From contig CP075492.1 of the NCBI GenBank assembly GCA_021613535.1, positions 7,502,001 to 7,566,000 of the forward strand: DNA of 64,000 nt, given 5' to 3'. The notes under the pieces were generated by a model. The model saw only the letters and a list, made by a program, of their open reading frames with translations. It had not been told where the DNA came from and made no database searches. This stretch comes from Adineta vaga. Lineage: Eukaryota; Animalia; Rotifera. The translations under genes and the position numbers were made by a program. Positions 26,292 through 39,204 of the stretch are shown here, piece by piece (the first letter of the stretch is position 1; every line of letters begins with the position of its first letter).

Positions 26292-27504
26292 ATGACAACA
26301 AAATCAGTTACGATGCACTCACACGATCAACCATTACATGTTGACATCGAATTAGATTCATCTGATCTCAAAACATCAGGTCCACGCCTTGTTTGCTTGG
26401 TTAAGAATGATTGGATCAATAAGAAGATTAGTTTTAAAGAACTTACTGATGGTCTTTCCAATCAAATGATTGTTATGTACCCACCGGAGAAAGATGAACA
26501 GGGTGTCGTTATTCGAACGTATGGAAAGAATTCAGATCTAATCGTTGATCGACAAATTGAAATTCAAACCATGGTCAAACTCTCTCAATATCATATGGCT
26601 AATGAAATTTTATGTACATTTAATAATGGATTATTGTATACATTTTTACCAGGTGAACAAATCAGTATGGACGACGACAATATTGAGTAAGTCATCGTAT
26701 CGTCATTGATCATAATAGGTCTTTGTTTTTCAGTTTCTTAGTAGCAACTAAATTAGCTCAATATCACTCTGTTCCATCTGATGATGATAATGAAACGAAA
26801 GAAAAGTCTCAATTTGTAGAAAAACTTCGTCATTATACTAATTTACTCAATGGAACAAATCCTCAACTTCGAGAACGACTTGAAACAATGAAACCACCAG
26901 CGATGGGTGTTCTTGATACAATCAAAACAACTATTGGTCTTCAATCTAGTCCGCTCTCATTCGATTCTCTTGAAGTTTTTCTCGATTATTCTTGGTCTCA
27001 ATTAGATGATGATCTTCAACAAATCGAATCGATATTAAAAGAAAAATGGTCCAATATTCCTATTGTTTTATGTCATAATGATACACAGAGTCGTAATTTT
27101 CTCTTCGACAAAGAAACAAACACCACACATATCATTGATTTTGAACATAGTTTTCGTAATCTTTACTTATACGATATTGAAAATTATTTTGTTGAATTTG
27201 CTGGTCTCGAATCATCACCTGATTGGACAAACAAATATCCGACAAAAGAACGACGACTAAAATTTTTAACCGAATACGTTAAACATACTAATTTCTTATC
27301 TGATCAAACTAGTGTAGATGAATTGACAAAACTTTGTGATCGTTGTCATTGTCTTAAACCACTTATTCATCTGTATTGGTATTATGGGCTGTACTTGAAG
27401 CTATTCTTAATCCCGAAGCACTAAGTGCATTTGATTATGTCACTTATGCTAAAAGTCGATTTAATCAATACAAACTACATAAAAACACATTTTTCACTTC
27501 ATAA
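26292..27504 (+). CDS. Ethanolamine/choline kinase (2 exons); apparent 1-nt deletion near 27380
   Basis: DGLSN, VIRTYGKNSDLIVDRQIE, Brenner motif CHND and IDFEHS. The native C-terminus LWAVLEA...FDYVTYAKSRFNQY lies in a shifted frame. Confidence 0.9.
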
Positions 27505-27959
27505 GTTATCTATTTCTGTTTTGATATTGTTCATCAAAAATAAACTAAAATCTTCAGATGTTCGTAGATTTTCATGTTTGTTCATTCTCTTGTATTTTAA
27601 TATATATTAATCCAAAGATTTAGGCATCCAATCTCCATGATGTGTATGGATATGTCTGAGAATATAATTAAAATTAAGATACCCACACTTGTTCAAAATT
27701 TTAAAAGCAACTGATTATTTTATTCACTTTCTTGATGCATCTGCACTGTGCATTTGTATTCCACTATATTTATGATTATTAAAACTACTTTGTGAACAGA
27801 TACGACTTGAGAGTCATGATGTGTTTCACAACGACGAATGCATTATTAAACTATTTTAGACTTTCATCACATCAAGTTAAGTCAATTGATGGGCAGTTGA
27901 TGATTTTATTATTATTAATATTTATATGAATCTTGATTATATTATTAAAAAAAAGAAAA

Positions 27960-29585
27960 CTATTTTTCCAATTGATAAACTAGTCGCATGTTTATTGCTC
28001 GATCACACTGATTCATTTCTATTTGTTTTTCAGTAGAATTTTTATTTTTCTTTACAGAATAGATTCCAACTACAGCACAGATTTGATTAACTTGATGAAA
28101 GATTGAACTTCTCTGTTGATATCCAATAGAACCTTGTGAATCATTCGACCAGATAAGTAATGAATATTGATTCATTAATTGAGTCTCATTCATTGGTATG
28201 GAAATCCATTTGAAAGTATTATTCACCGATTCATGGGATGATTCTTTTTGTTTAACACCTTTTTCATCATAAAGACTAGCTGTAATCGTACCTATATAAG
28301 TTGATTCTATTGATATATAAGTTAATCGAATCGATCGTTCAAGTCGAAAACTATATCCAAAAATAAAAGATCCTGTGTAGAATCTTTGCGCAGTAGCAGT
28401 TGGTTGAGAAAGAATCAATTCTTGACGAACAGAGCAAATCAATGTCTTTTTACTGTTCATTTCTAATTTTCCAAAATTTTTCAACAAGTTTTGTATTTTC
28501 ATTTTATCGTAGACTGAATCTGTATATGTTGTCTCTTCAGTTATACAATTCGATATTAATTCTTGATGATTATCAGAAATTTCATTACAAATACTATTTA
28601 GATAATTACTAGTTTCAAGCAATTGCATTGTATTACCATCATCAAGAATACGACGATTCGATGTTATTAAACTTTTAATACGATTTAATTGTTGATGAGT
28701 TGTCATTTCAATATGATGCAAACTTGATAGAATTGTTACTCTTCGATCGCTGAATTCATTGTCTAATGTTTCTTTACGTTCTTCAATCAGTCGAGTTAAA
28801 CGAAGAAATTCAGTATCAAATTTTTGTTGTGTTTTTCTATAGTTTTCTTCTTGATTTTGTATCATATTTGTTGTACGTTCAGAAAGAGTCGTAAAATCAA
28901 CTTCTATATAGTCTAATTTCTGAAGACATTTTTCAACTTCTGCACGCGCTTCTTCAATGACTTTTTCGATTGGTTGAATTGCCTTTTGATGTTGATTATG
29001 TTGATCATTATTTGGAAGACATAAAGGACATAAACGAAGTCTACATTGTGTACACCATAAACTTAAGATTTCAGTAGTATGTTGATCGCATATAGAAGAT
29101 GTTCGATCGGCTATTGATGTCGTAGCATGTGTAAATTTGTTATTATGAAAAACGATACATGTGCTACAAAGCTGTTGAGAACAGGTAGGACACCATACTT
29201 TACTTGTCCTTTCTAAGCAAATCTCACAAAATAATTTAGAATCAATTTTTTGATCAAACGTATCATTCGATAACGACGAAGGCGATGATAATAGTTCAAC
29301 CATATTTTGAACAATTCGATTCACAGGCAGACTATTCAATTGATATTGAAATACATATGTTCCATCTTTGAGAGGACAAATAAATCGAGGTTCTTCACCA
29401 TCGCTATCATCACTGTCATCGTCATCATCGGTTGTATTATTATATTTGGCAAGTTGTGAAATACATGTAAAGCAGAATGTATGAGAACATGGAAGAAGTC
29501 GTGGATCATTATAATAATCTAGACAGATAGGACATTTAACTAGTTCAATCATTTTTGTTAAAGGTATGTTGGAAGTTGCCATCAT
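27960..29585 (-). CDS. TRIM-type RING/B-box/coiled-coil E3 ubiquitin ligase
   Basis: CPICLDYYNDPRLLPCSHTFCFTC RING, two B-boxes, coiled coil, and an unrecognised beta-rich C-terminus. Intronless. Confidence 0.9.
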   Translation of the reverse strand: MMATSNIPLTKMIELVKCPICLDYYNDPRLLPCSHTFCFTCISQLAKYNNTTDDDDDSDDSDGEEPRFICPLKDGTYVFQYQLNSLPVNRIVQNMVELLSSPSSLSNDTFDQKIDSKLFCEICLERTSKVWCPTCSQQLCSTCIVFHNNKFTHATTSIADRTSSICDQHTTEILSLWCTQCRLRLCPLCLPNNDQHNQHQKAIQPIEKVIEEARAEVEKCLQKLDYIEVDFTTLSERTTNMIQNQEENYRKTQQKFDTEFLRLTRLIEERKETLDNEFSDRRVTILSSLHHIEMTTHQQLNRIKSLITSNRRILDDGNTMQLLETSNYLNSICNEISDNHQELISNCITEETTYTDSVYDKMKIQNLLKNFGKLEMNSKKTLICSVRQELILSQPTATAQRFYTGSFIFGYSFRLERSIRLTYISIESTYIGTITASLYDEKGVKQKESSHESVNNTFKWISIPMNETQLMNQYSLLIWSNDSQGSIGYQQRSSIFHQVNQICAVVGIYSVKKNKNSTEKQIEMNQCDRAINMRLVYQLEK

Positions 29586-30133
29586 GCGAATGATGTGCGA
29601 GATTTAAAGTATTGTTTATTCAATTATTTATTCGTTCTTGACAAACATGTTTGAATTTCTTTTTTTTCCATGGTTGCTCTTTCAATCAACAGAACAGACT
29701 CTCAAGATAGTGGCGTCAGGCAACCATACTATTCAATATTTACTTACATGTAACGTAGAAGACTTAAATCTGGTATCGATGAGCGACTAAATTTATCTCA
29801 TTGATGACGAGCTTTTCTTTACTTTTATGGCAGCTGAATCAGTGATAAAAAGAAACCTTCCATAGATATCTAAATTGATTGAAAGTACCGACATTACCTA
29901 CACTAACGAGCAATGTAACTAGTGTGACGTAGAATATACACCATTTGTATTATTTAACGTGATATAGCTTAGTGCACCAACTGTTTTATTCTGCTCATTA
30001 AAAGATAAAGAATATACTGACATCTTTATGACATTCATTGATTCGTCCACAGCAAACTATGGATTCATGATCAATTCTGATTCTGATGATTTGTAATATA
30101 ATAATCAATACTACCACAAGAAAAAAACTAGAT

Positions 30134-31204
30134 ATGAAAACTTCCATTGAACAGTTACCGATTGAATTATGGATCGAAATCCTTTCTTATTTAGAAGCAC
30201 ATGTCATCTTTCATGCTTTTACTAATTTAAATCATCATTTTGATTATATATTAACTTCCGATCATCTACTATTCAATGTTGAATTAGGTAAAACTGATCG
30301 AAATCCTTTAGAATATACTGTTCAACCATACTGGTCTAAAACAATTCTTAATCGTATTATTCATCTTCAACCATTAATTTCTCAGCAATTATCACACATA
30401 CCTGAATTTCTTCGATGGCATTGTTCAGAATTACATCAGTTAAAATCTTTAACAATGAAATTACGTGGACGACAAATCTCTGCAATATCGAATGTTCTAC
30501 CACATCTGTTATCTCTTCATTATCTTTCGATTAAGTGTGTACCAAATCAGATATTACTCGATGCTATTCTTGTTACACCTAATTTAAATGTTGCTCAATT
30601 TGAATTCTCTCGACCAATTACATCAATCAATATTCGTTCGGATAAGATAAGTCCATTGAAAGTACTTGATATTCAATTGGAAGATGATTCATATAGTTCA
30701 ATAATGATTTTACTTTTGAGTCATATGCCGAAATTACAATGGTTACAAATGCGTAATTATGATATATATGTGAAAAATCGAGAATGGATTTTTTTCGATT
30801 CATTATTTACTCTTTCCGAACTTCACACACTATATTTCAAATGTTTTTCCAATTATTCAACTCCAGTTATTTTCCAAAACTTGCATCGAAATCTACCTGC
30901 TATCAAATATGCTTATTTAACTTTGAATTTTGATTTTATTAATGAAGATCTAGTCGATCATCTAATTCATCATTGGTGGCCTATCTTAGAAACAATAGAA
31001 CGAATTGATTTAAGGATTAGATGTCGAAATGATTTTATAATAGTTTATGATCATATCCAAATAATGCTCAATCATTTGCAATCTTTAATACTTGCAATGA
31101 ATAATCAATATGATGGTTCTATTGAAACAAAATGGGATGAAAAATTTTATTTAGGAATTCGAACTATTGAAATTTCTATGTGTAAAGTTATTTCAACGAA
31201 ATAA
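30134..31204 (+). CDS. F-box domain protein
   Basis: MKTSIEQLPIELWIEILSYL F-box followed by LRR-like repeats. Confidence 0.8.
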   Translation: MKTSIEQLPIELWIEILSYLEAHVIFHAFTNLNHHFDYILTSDHLLFNVELGKTDRNPLEYTVQPYWSKTILNRIIHLQPLISQQLSHIPEFLRWHCSELHQLKSLTMKLRGRQISAISNVLPHLLSLHYLSIKCVPNQILLDAILVTPNLNVAQFEFSRPITSINIRSDKISPLKVLDIQLEDDSYSSIMILLLSHMPKLQWLQMRNYDIYVKNREWIFFDSLFTLSELHTLYFKCFSNYSTPVIFQNLHRNLPAIKYAYLTLNFDFINEDLVDHLIHHWWPILETIERIDLRIRCRNDFIIVYDHIQIMLNHLQSLILAMNNQYDGSIETKWDEKFYLGIRTIEISMCKVISTK

Positions 31205-31511
31205 AATCTGTTGATTATAAACAGATATAGATGATTCATCTCTATCTTCGAACTAGTCAACTTGTTTTATCTGAACATCAATCAAATTGAGAATATAGGT
31301 GGCATACTGCCTAGGAAATCCATCTAGATCTGGAAGCCTGCAAGTTTCATTTATGGCGAGAAGAACATTTCTTCGTCTTCCTTACATTCTCACCCTAGAA
31401 GACAAATAGAAACGATCGCGACGACGAAACATATATTACAATCATCTATAAAAAGAAAACATCAAAACTTCTAGTGAGAACTGATTAACACACATACACA
31501 ATAATTCATTG

Positions 31512-33605
31512 ATGATGGCGCAAAAAAATGCTACGAGATCATTTTCGGATCAGATCGATAAGAATTCAGAGTCGAACCTCACTACTATAACATACTTAGT
31601 CGGTAGAATTACAAAATCTGTTAGTCATTCTCCAAACTGTCGTCGATTGAAGACTGTAGAAGATTTCATTATTATTTGGTTAGATTCAAATATTGATGAA
31701 TCACATGAAGATTCACAAACTGTTATCAATCAACTTCGACAACTGATCAATGCTGTTCAAACATTTAATGAAATTGAGCAGTGTATTACTTATTTTGATG
31801 AAATTAAAGATGAACGAATATTCGTAATTGTTTCTGACACACTCGGTCCACGATTTGTTCCTCGAATATATAAGAAAAAACAGTTGGCTTCGATTTATGT
31901 CCTTTGCGATAATAAAGAAGAACAAAAACAATGGGTTTTGAAATTTCCAATGATTAAAGGAATTTTTACGGAAATTGAAGATTTATGTATTTATCTGAAA
32001 TTAGATCTTCGACAGAATGAAAATAATTTTACATCATTCAGTATTATCTCTTCATTTTCGACTACAGATCTGAATGAACTTGATCCATCATTTATGTATT
32101 CACAAATTTTGAAAGAAATTCTTCTTGAAGAAAAAACTACATTACAAGAAAAGAAAAAATTCATTGAGTTCTGCCGTGGTTATTACAGTGATAATAATAA
32201 AGAACTACCAGTAATTGATGAATTTGAAAATAGATATCCTGATCCGTCGTTAATTTGGTGGTATACACGTGATTGTTTTCTTTATCTTATGTTAAACAAA
32301 GCATTGCGAACACACGATGTCGAAATGATTATAAAAATGGGTTTTATTATACGCGATCTTCATCGTAATATTGAACAGTTCTATCTTGAACAACATTTTC
32401 AAGATCCATTAACTGTCTATCGTGGACAAGGTATGGTACGTGTCGAATTTGAGAAAATTAAGAAAAGTAGTGGAGGTCTTCTTGCATTCAACAGTTTCTT
32501 ATCGACGACCACTAATATGAATGTATCACTCACGTTCATTCCAAGCTCTTATACTTCTCCAGAACTAGTTGCTGTTATCTTTCGAATTCAGATTGATCCG
32601 ACGATTTCTACGACGCCTTTTGCTGACGTGAAAAATGTGAGTTGCGCTGGCAGTGGCGAACAAGAAATTCTTTTTTCGATGCATACCATTTTTCGAATTG
32701 GAGAAACAACTCAACTTGCAAACGGTCTGTATCAAGTTGATCTTGCTTTGACGAAAGATAATGATAAACAATTAGTTCAACTTACGGAATATATGCGAAA
32801 AGTAACACAAGGTCCAACAGGACTTCATCGATTAGGTCAACTAATGTGTCACATGGGAGAATTTGATAAAGCAAAAGAAATCTATACAACTCTTGTTGAT
32901 ACTACATCAACTGATGATCGACAACAACTAGCTTTATTTCATCATCAACTTGGGTACATCAGTAAAAAGAAGAACGATCTATCAAGTGCACTTTCTCACT
33001 ATCAAGAATCACTCGACATTAAATTAACTTATTTACCATCTGATGATCCACAACTTTCTTCAACATATTGCAACATTGGTAGTGTTCTTCAAGATCAAGG
33101 TGATCTCGATGGTGCATTAGAACATTTAAAGTTCGCTCTCAAGAGCGATCTTCGTGCATCAAAACCTGATCGATTGAGTATTGCTATTCGACATAATAAC
33201 ATTGGATCTGTTCTCGAAGATTTAGGTAATTATCATGAAGCATTAATGAGCTATCGAAAAGCACTTGAACTTCAACTCTCTCAAGTTTCTAAACGACATC
33301 CATCCATCGCCACTTCCTACAATAATATTGGCTTAGTGCATCGAAAAATGGGAGATAATTTAAACGCTTTGACATACTATCGAGATGCTTTGGATATCTT
33401 CGAACGATCTCTTCCATCTCTTCATTCATCATTAGCTACCAGTCATCATAACATAGCGATGGTTCTTGATGATCTCCGTCGAACTAAAGAAGCGATTAAG
33501 CATGCTGAACGAGCTTTGGAGATTACTCTTCATTCGAACGATATCGAACATCCCGATGTTCTCAGACGACAAGCATATCTTGACGATATTCGACGAAAAC
33601 TTTAA
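31512..33605 (+). CDS. Receiver-like / ADP-ribosyltransferase (R-S-E) / TPR protein
   Basis: IIWLD...IFVIVS..LG N-terminal domain; VYRGQG, FLSTT and GEQEILF ART motifs; about six 42-aa TPR repeats. Intronless. Confidence 0.85.
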   Translation: MMAQKNATRSFSDQIDKNSESNLTTITYLVGRITKSVSHSPNCRRLKTVEDFIIIWLDSNIDESHEDSQTVINQLRQLINAVQTFNEIEQCITYFDEIKDERIFVIVSDTLGPRFVPRIYKKKQLASIYVLCDNKEEQKQWVLKFPMIKGIFTEIEDLCIYLKLDLRQNENNFTSFSIISSFSTTDLNELDPSFMYSQILKEILLEEKTTLQEKKKFIEFCRGYYSDNNKELPVIDEFENRYPDPSLIWWYTRDCFLYLMLNKALRTHDVEMIIKMGFIIRDLHRNIEQFYLEQHFQDPLTVYRGQGMVRVEFEKIKKSSGGLLAFNSFLSTTTNMNVSLTFIPSSYTSPELVAVIFRIQIDPTISTTPFADVKNVSCAGSGEQEILFSMHTIFRIGETTQLANGLYQVDLALTKDNDKQLVQLTEYMRKVTQGPTGLHRLGQLMCHMGEFDKAKEIYTTLVDTTSTDDRQQLALFHHQLGYISKKKNDLSSALSHYQESLDIKLTYLPSDDPQLSSTYCNIGSVLQDQGDLDGALEHLKFALKSDLRASKPDRLSIAIRHNNIGSVLEDLGNYHEALMSYRKALELQLSQVSKRHPSIATSYNNIGLVHRKMGDNLNALTYYRDALDIFERSLPSLHSSLATSHHNIAMVLDDLRRTKEAIKHAERALEITLHSNDIEHPDVLRRQAYLDDIRRKL

Positions 33606-33943
33606 TTAATTACACTTTTCACCGAACTAAACTTTTTCTTCTGATAAGTTTTGTAACTATTCCTGTGTCAATAGAATATTCATCACCGAATGTTTATTAT
33701 TCACATTTGATATACTTGTTCTAGAGAATGATTAGTGTTCGTTTTTGATAAGTTACATTCCATCGATTTCTTTAGTTTATCTTCCCAGCACTGATATCAG
33801 GCAGTTCTTCTCTACTGATTAAATTCACTTATCTTAAATACAAAAAAATGCGTCGAGATATCTCTGATAACAGGTATAAACAATGTTGCTTACATAGAAG
33901 AAGTAGATATCGTTCTGTTTTGGACTTGTGACAATAGCAAAGA

Positions 33944-36444
33944 ATGAATACGCATCTATTCATAATACTTTTCATTTCCAATATCTGTAATATTTATGCT
34001 AAACCACCACCATTACCGAGCTATGATAAACAAGTAAATACTCTATTAGAACAAATGACTGACGAAGAAAAAGTTGGTCAAATGACACAAATTAGTATTA
34101 ACTTAATATTAAAAGATCCATATGTGCCATGGAATGAAGTTGAAATTGATCCAATTAAATTAACTACTGCTATACAAGATTATAAAATTGGTTCGATACT
34201 AAATGTTGTTCCAACAAATGCTTTAGGACTTGAACAATGGCATGATATTATTGGGAAAATTCAAGATGAAGCAGCTAAAACTCGTTTACATATTCCTGTA
34301 ATGTATGGAATTGATTCAATTCATGGTGCTAATTATGTACAAAATGCTGTTTTATTTCCACATGCAACTGGTCTTGCAGCAACATTTAATACAACATTAG
34401 TACGTGAAATAGGAAAAATATCGGCACATCAAACACGAGCAGCAGGTCTTCCATGGGTTTTTCATCCACAAGTTGATATTGGGTAAGAAAGAAACTTATA
34501 TCAATTCATTATCGATTCATTGTATCTAGTCGACAAAAAGTATGGCCAAGATTATGGGAAACCTATGGTGAAGATGTTAAATTAGTAAAAGATATGGGTC
34601 GAGCATATGTTGAAGGATTACAAGGTGATAATTTAACATCGAATGAACAAGTTGGTGCTTGTTTAAAACATTATGTTGGTTATGGTTTACCTTTAACTGG
34701 TCAAGATCGAACACCAGCATGGATTGATGAACGACATATGCTCGAATATTTCTTACCACCATTTGAAGAAAGTGTTCGTGCTGGTGCTGTTTCTGTTATG
34801 ATTTGTTCTGGTGAAGTTAATAGTATTCCTAGTCATGCAAATTATCATCTCATAACAGAAATTCTAAAGAATACGTATCAATTCGAAGGATTTACTGTAT
34901 CTGATTGGGTAAAATCTAATACTTATGATATTCATTTATTTTTCATAAATATGACATGTTTTTCTTTTCTTTTATTTAGGCAGATATTGAACGCTTGAAT
35001 TTTCGTGATCATGTAGCAGAAACACCTAAAGATGCTGTTCGTCAAGCAATCATGGCTGGTGTAGATATGAGCATGGTACCACTTGATTATTCATTCTATA
35101 ATTTAACACTCGATTGTATTAAAGATGGTTCTATACCACGAACACGTCTTGATGATGCTGTTCGTCGTATTCTTCGTGTCAAATTTGCCTTAGGTAGATA
35201 GAAATCCACTTTCTTCATTTGTCAATTTTTGCTTTCTTAGGTTTATTCGATGGTAGAACAGCATGGCCGAATAGTTCTGCGATCAATGATTTTAATAAAC
35301 CAGAATATTATGCAACGCAACTTCAAGCAGCACGGCAAGTAATGACTTTATTGAAAAATAATGGAAATGTTCTTCCATTAGATGTAAATAAAATTACTGA
35401 CGCAAACAAATTAATAATAACGGGTCCTACATCTAATATTCTCTCATCAATTAATGGTGGTTGGTCATATACATGGTCGGGACATGAACCCAATATTTTT
35501 CCAAAAAATCTAACAAATAAAACAATTCTCGAATCATTTCGAACACGATTGGGCTCAATTAAAATTGATTATTACAATAGTTCGTCATTTGATCAGTTGT
35601 ATAATCTTGATAATTTATTAAATGCTTCTCGAACAGCAAGTTATATACTCGTTTGTCTTGGTGAACAATCTTACACAGAAACACCAGGAAATATCAATGA
35701 TTTAACTTTGGATAATGCTCAATTAGAATTAGTAGAATTAATTCATAATCATACACAAGTACCAATTATTATTGCACTTGCTCAAGGTCGACCTCGATTA
35801 ATTCATCGTATTGTTGATTTAGCAACAGCAATTATAATGATGTTTTTACCGGGAATGGAAGGGTATGTAGAATTAAATCTTCTTAAATCGTATTTTATCT
35901 TTTGCGATTATATAGTGGTCGAGCACTTGTAGATGTTATGTTAGGTGATTATAATCCAAGTGGACGATTACCAATAACATATCCTAAATATAATCATCGT
36001 CTATCAACTTATGATTATAAATGGTGTGAAATTCAACTTGATAATACCATCGATGTTGAATTTGAATTTGGACATGGATTAAGTTATACAACATTTCAAT
36101 ATTCAAATCTATATGTTTCACCATCAGTAAAATGGAATGATCAAATAAATATTACTTTATACGTACGCAATAATGGTACAAGACAAGGTGATCATACAGT
36201 ACTTCTATTTATTTCGGATCTATATCGATCTGTTACGCCACCGAATAAGGAATTGAAAGGTTATTCCAAAATATCCTTAAACCCAAATGAACAACAAAAG
36301 GTACAATTTATTCTCAATCAAAACGATTTATCTTTTATTGGTTTGAATCTAACACGCCAAACAGAACCAGGTATATTTATTGTTACAGTGGGCAATTTAC
36401 AAACAAATTTCACATTAGTTGCTCAAAATGTACCAGTTATCTAG
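33944..36444 (+). CDS. Secreted glycoside hydrolase family 3 beta-glucosidase (5 exons)
   Basis: Signal peptide, EEKVGQMTQ, GIDSIHGANY, ETYGED, CLKHYVGY, VSDW nucleophile, NPSGRLP, FGHGLSYTTF and an FnIII-like tail. Four GT-AG introns. Confidence 0.93.
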
Positions 36445-36544
36445 AAAACTATATTATTTCTTATTCATCCTCCGAGTATATATTTCAATAAATTTAGTTA
36501 AATAGAGTTAAAAAATATTAATAAAATATCAAATACTTCTAAGA

Positions 36545-37676
36545 TCATTTTCCGAAGTTCGTATCATTATCAGGAACAAGCACTGTTGTTGTTGTCGATG
36601 TAGTAGTAGTATCATCACGTATTATATTTCGAACACCATAGACTATATGTGCTGCTGGAACATATTGTTTTGCTCGTTCGATGTGTTCACTTGAATCATC
36701 GAAAAATATCGCAGGATCAATTGCAATTAGAAATGGTGTTTTATCAAGTCCACCCAAGAAATGTGTTTCATCAATTTCCAAACCCCATTGTTCTAATGTT
36801 CTCAATGCTCTTTCATTACCAACACCATTACGAGCAGTAACAAGATAAGTACGTACTCGCCATTGATCTTCAGGAGCTAATGCATTACGTAACTTTTGCA
36901 ATTTAAAAGCAAATGCATGCATTGGACCTTCTGACAAAGCAATATCCAGTTTTTCATATTCATGTTTTCGAAAAGCATCCAAGCCATCAGACTGATAAAT
37001 ACGTTCAGCTTCATCAGAAAATAGTACACCATCACCATCAAAAGCAATACGAACTTGATCTTTCGGCCAATCCGTAGTATTGATAGTTATAGGATTGTTG
37101 GGAATATCGTCTGCTTTAACAATAGTAGATCTAATCATAACACTGGAAAGTATGCACTACTTTTCTATCACATAAATGTACTTACAAAGAAACATCATTT
37201 GGTGCATGTATTGCTTCAGCAAAGATGTTACATACCAGACCAGCAGCTATTTTTCGGTTTGTCAATGTAGCATTTGCAGAAAGTACTGCACGTACTTGAT
37301 TTTCTTCAGTGGAAAGAAACAGATCGCATTCCCATGCCTGTAAGTATCTGGTCACATCAGTACCATTTGTGAACGACATTCGAGAAATGTCAAGTTTATA
37401 ATAGTTGATGGAATTTCGAACTCGTTTTCCTGCTTCATTATCATTACGTGATACAAGAATTACATCGACTAAATTTCTACCAGCACTATGATTTAAATTC
37501 AACAGCGATTGAACTAATCGAAATCCAACACCAGGTTTTAATGGATCGGTAACATGACTATGTGTGTATTTCTTGTATGCATTAACTCCTTCTTCTTTGC
37601 ATATACGATGTGATTCACCACAATCGAACAATGCAGTGGAAGAAATACAAACAATTAACTTAGCAAAGTCGGACAT
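36545..37676 (-). CDS. 5'-nucleotidase (cN-I / bacterial PF06189-type HAD family), 2 exons
   Basis: ISSTALFD..ESH, VILVSRN, DLFLS, RIAFDGDGVLFSDEAE, LVTAR, FLGGLDK and FFDD. Intron at ~37132-37185. Confidence 0.9.
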
Positions 37677-38556
37677 TAAGATTAGTGTGGGTGCAAACAA
37701 ATCTCATATGAATTAATAATATACCAACACTAAACGAACAAATTATATGTATATCATGTTTTAATACAATATTTTTTGAATATAGATCAATCCCGTTTAA
37801 TAGTTGCGAAATAACCCGATAAAGGAAAACATTGATTTATATTTGATTAAACTAATAAGATTTTCAAGATAACTTACCTCAAGTTTCAGAATGTTATACA
37901 GAAACACTTTTAGATGATACAATTCGTAATCTATTTGATTTCGTTTTCAATTTATTTGTACCGATGAGATTGATGAAAATACGTTAGTTATGACAAAAAC
38001 ATATTATTGTCAACGACTCGTGTTCTGTTCCTTTCTTTTTCATGTGGATGCCGATACTTTATTTTACGTGCGCAGCAAGGACGGCGCAATTACATGAGCA
38101 GAAAAGAAAGAAAAAAAATAGTTTCAAAAAATTCTACTGCAGATCCATAAGAACCAAAGTTTTCATAATATTTTTCTTCTATTTTTTTACAATATTACAT
38201 TGTATAATTTATAGATGTCAGCGTCATTTTGATGCGATTTAGTGTTACTATTACTATCAATTTAGAATTTGCACAAACGAATTTTATTTTCAGTCCGATG
38301 AACAATAAATCAATTCGTAAATCAAGTGTTATTAATATTGAATATATATTTATTGCTCGATGTTGAGGAAATATAAATAGAAAAGAAAAGAAAGAAAAAT
38401 TCCAATTGATGTTATACATCTTCTTTTTAAATCGATCAGTAGGAAAAAATACGATTGAAAACTGGTCATAACTAGTTATTTTATTAATGTTACTAATACG
38501 AATAATGTGAATGTAAATATAAACAAAATGTTTTCAAGTGATTAGTTATACAATCA

Positions 38557-39204
38557 TCAAGATGTTGTTAAAAAAAAGAAACGTACACGACTAGAAACAA
38601 GATGTTTGACAATCAAAATTATAATACATAGTATTAATAGTAGAGTAATATAAGACGAATGTTCTGTTAACCATGCATCAAATTGTTCGAGTGAAAAGCG
38701 TATTACAAATCCATCCATTTGTGTTAGACGTTTTCGAGAATATCCTAAATCATCAAGTTGTGTCAATGCGATTAGTAATTTTATAATTTTGAACTCTGTT
38801 CTTTTCCAATTCGGTAGAACTTGTTTATCTTCATCAGTAGCTAACAATGCGATGTTCTGATCGAATAAGTTGAAAGACATTCTATCGTAATTTTTATTCC
38901 ATATGTGAATTAGTTTCGTGCTAATAGTACGAAAAGAAGTTGTTGTCCAATCGTATAAGGATATCATATTCAACATTTGATTGGAATATATCAATGTAAA
39001 TCGCATTATAAATACATATGGAATATGATCTTCTGCAAGTTTAGTTACCGATACTTGCTTCAATAGTTCACAATGATAAGATTTCATTTTCGTTGTGGAA
39101 ATTTTACTATGTATATGTATATAATTGTATAGCGGAAATTGTGTTGTTTGAATTAGAATGGAAATAAGGGTGGCAACATAAATGTAAATGTTACTGTGAA
39201 CCAT
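38557..39204 (-). CDS. Hypothetical membrane protein; possibly continues in exons near 38195-38330
   Basis: 215-aa ORF with a signal-like N-terminus and a C-terminal TM helix. Confidence 0.4.
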   Translation of the reverse strand: MVHSNIYIYVATLISILIQTTQFPLYNYIHIHSKISTTKMKSYHCELLKQVSVTKLAEDHIPYVFIMRFTLIYSNQMLNMISLYDWTTTSFRTISTKLIHIWNKNYDRMSFNLFDQNIALLATDEDKQVLPNWKRTEFKIIKLLIALTQLDDLGYSRKRLTQMDGFVIRFSLEQFDAWLTEHSSYITLLLILCIIILIVKHLVSSRVRFFFLTTS

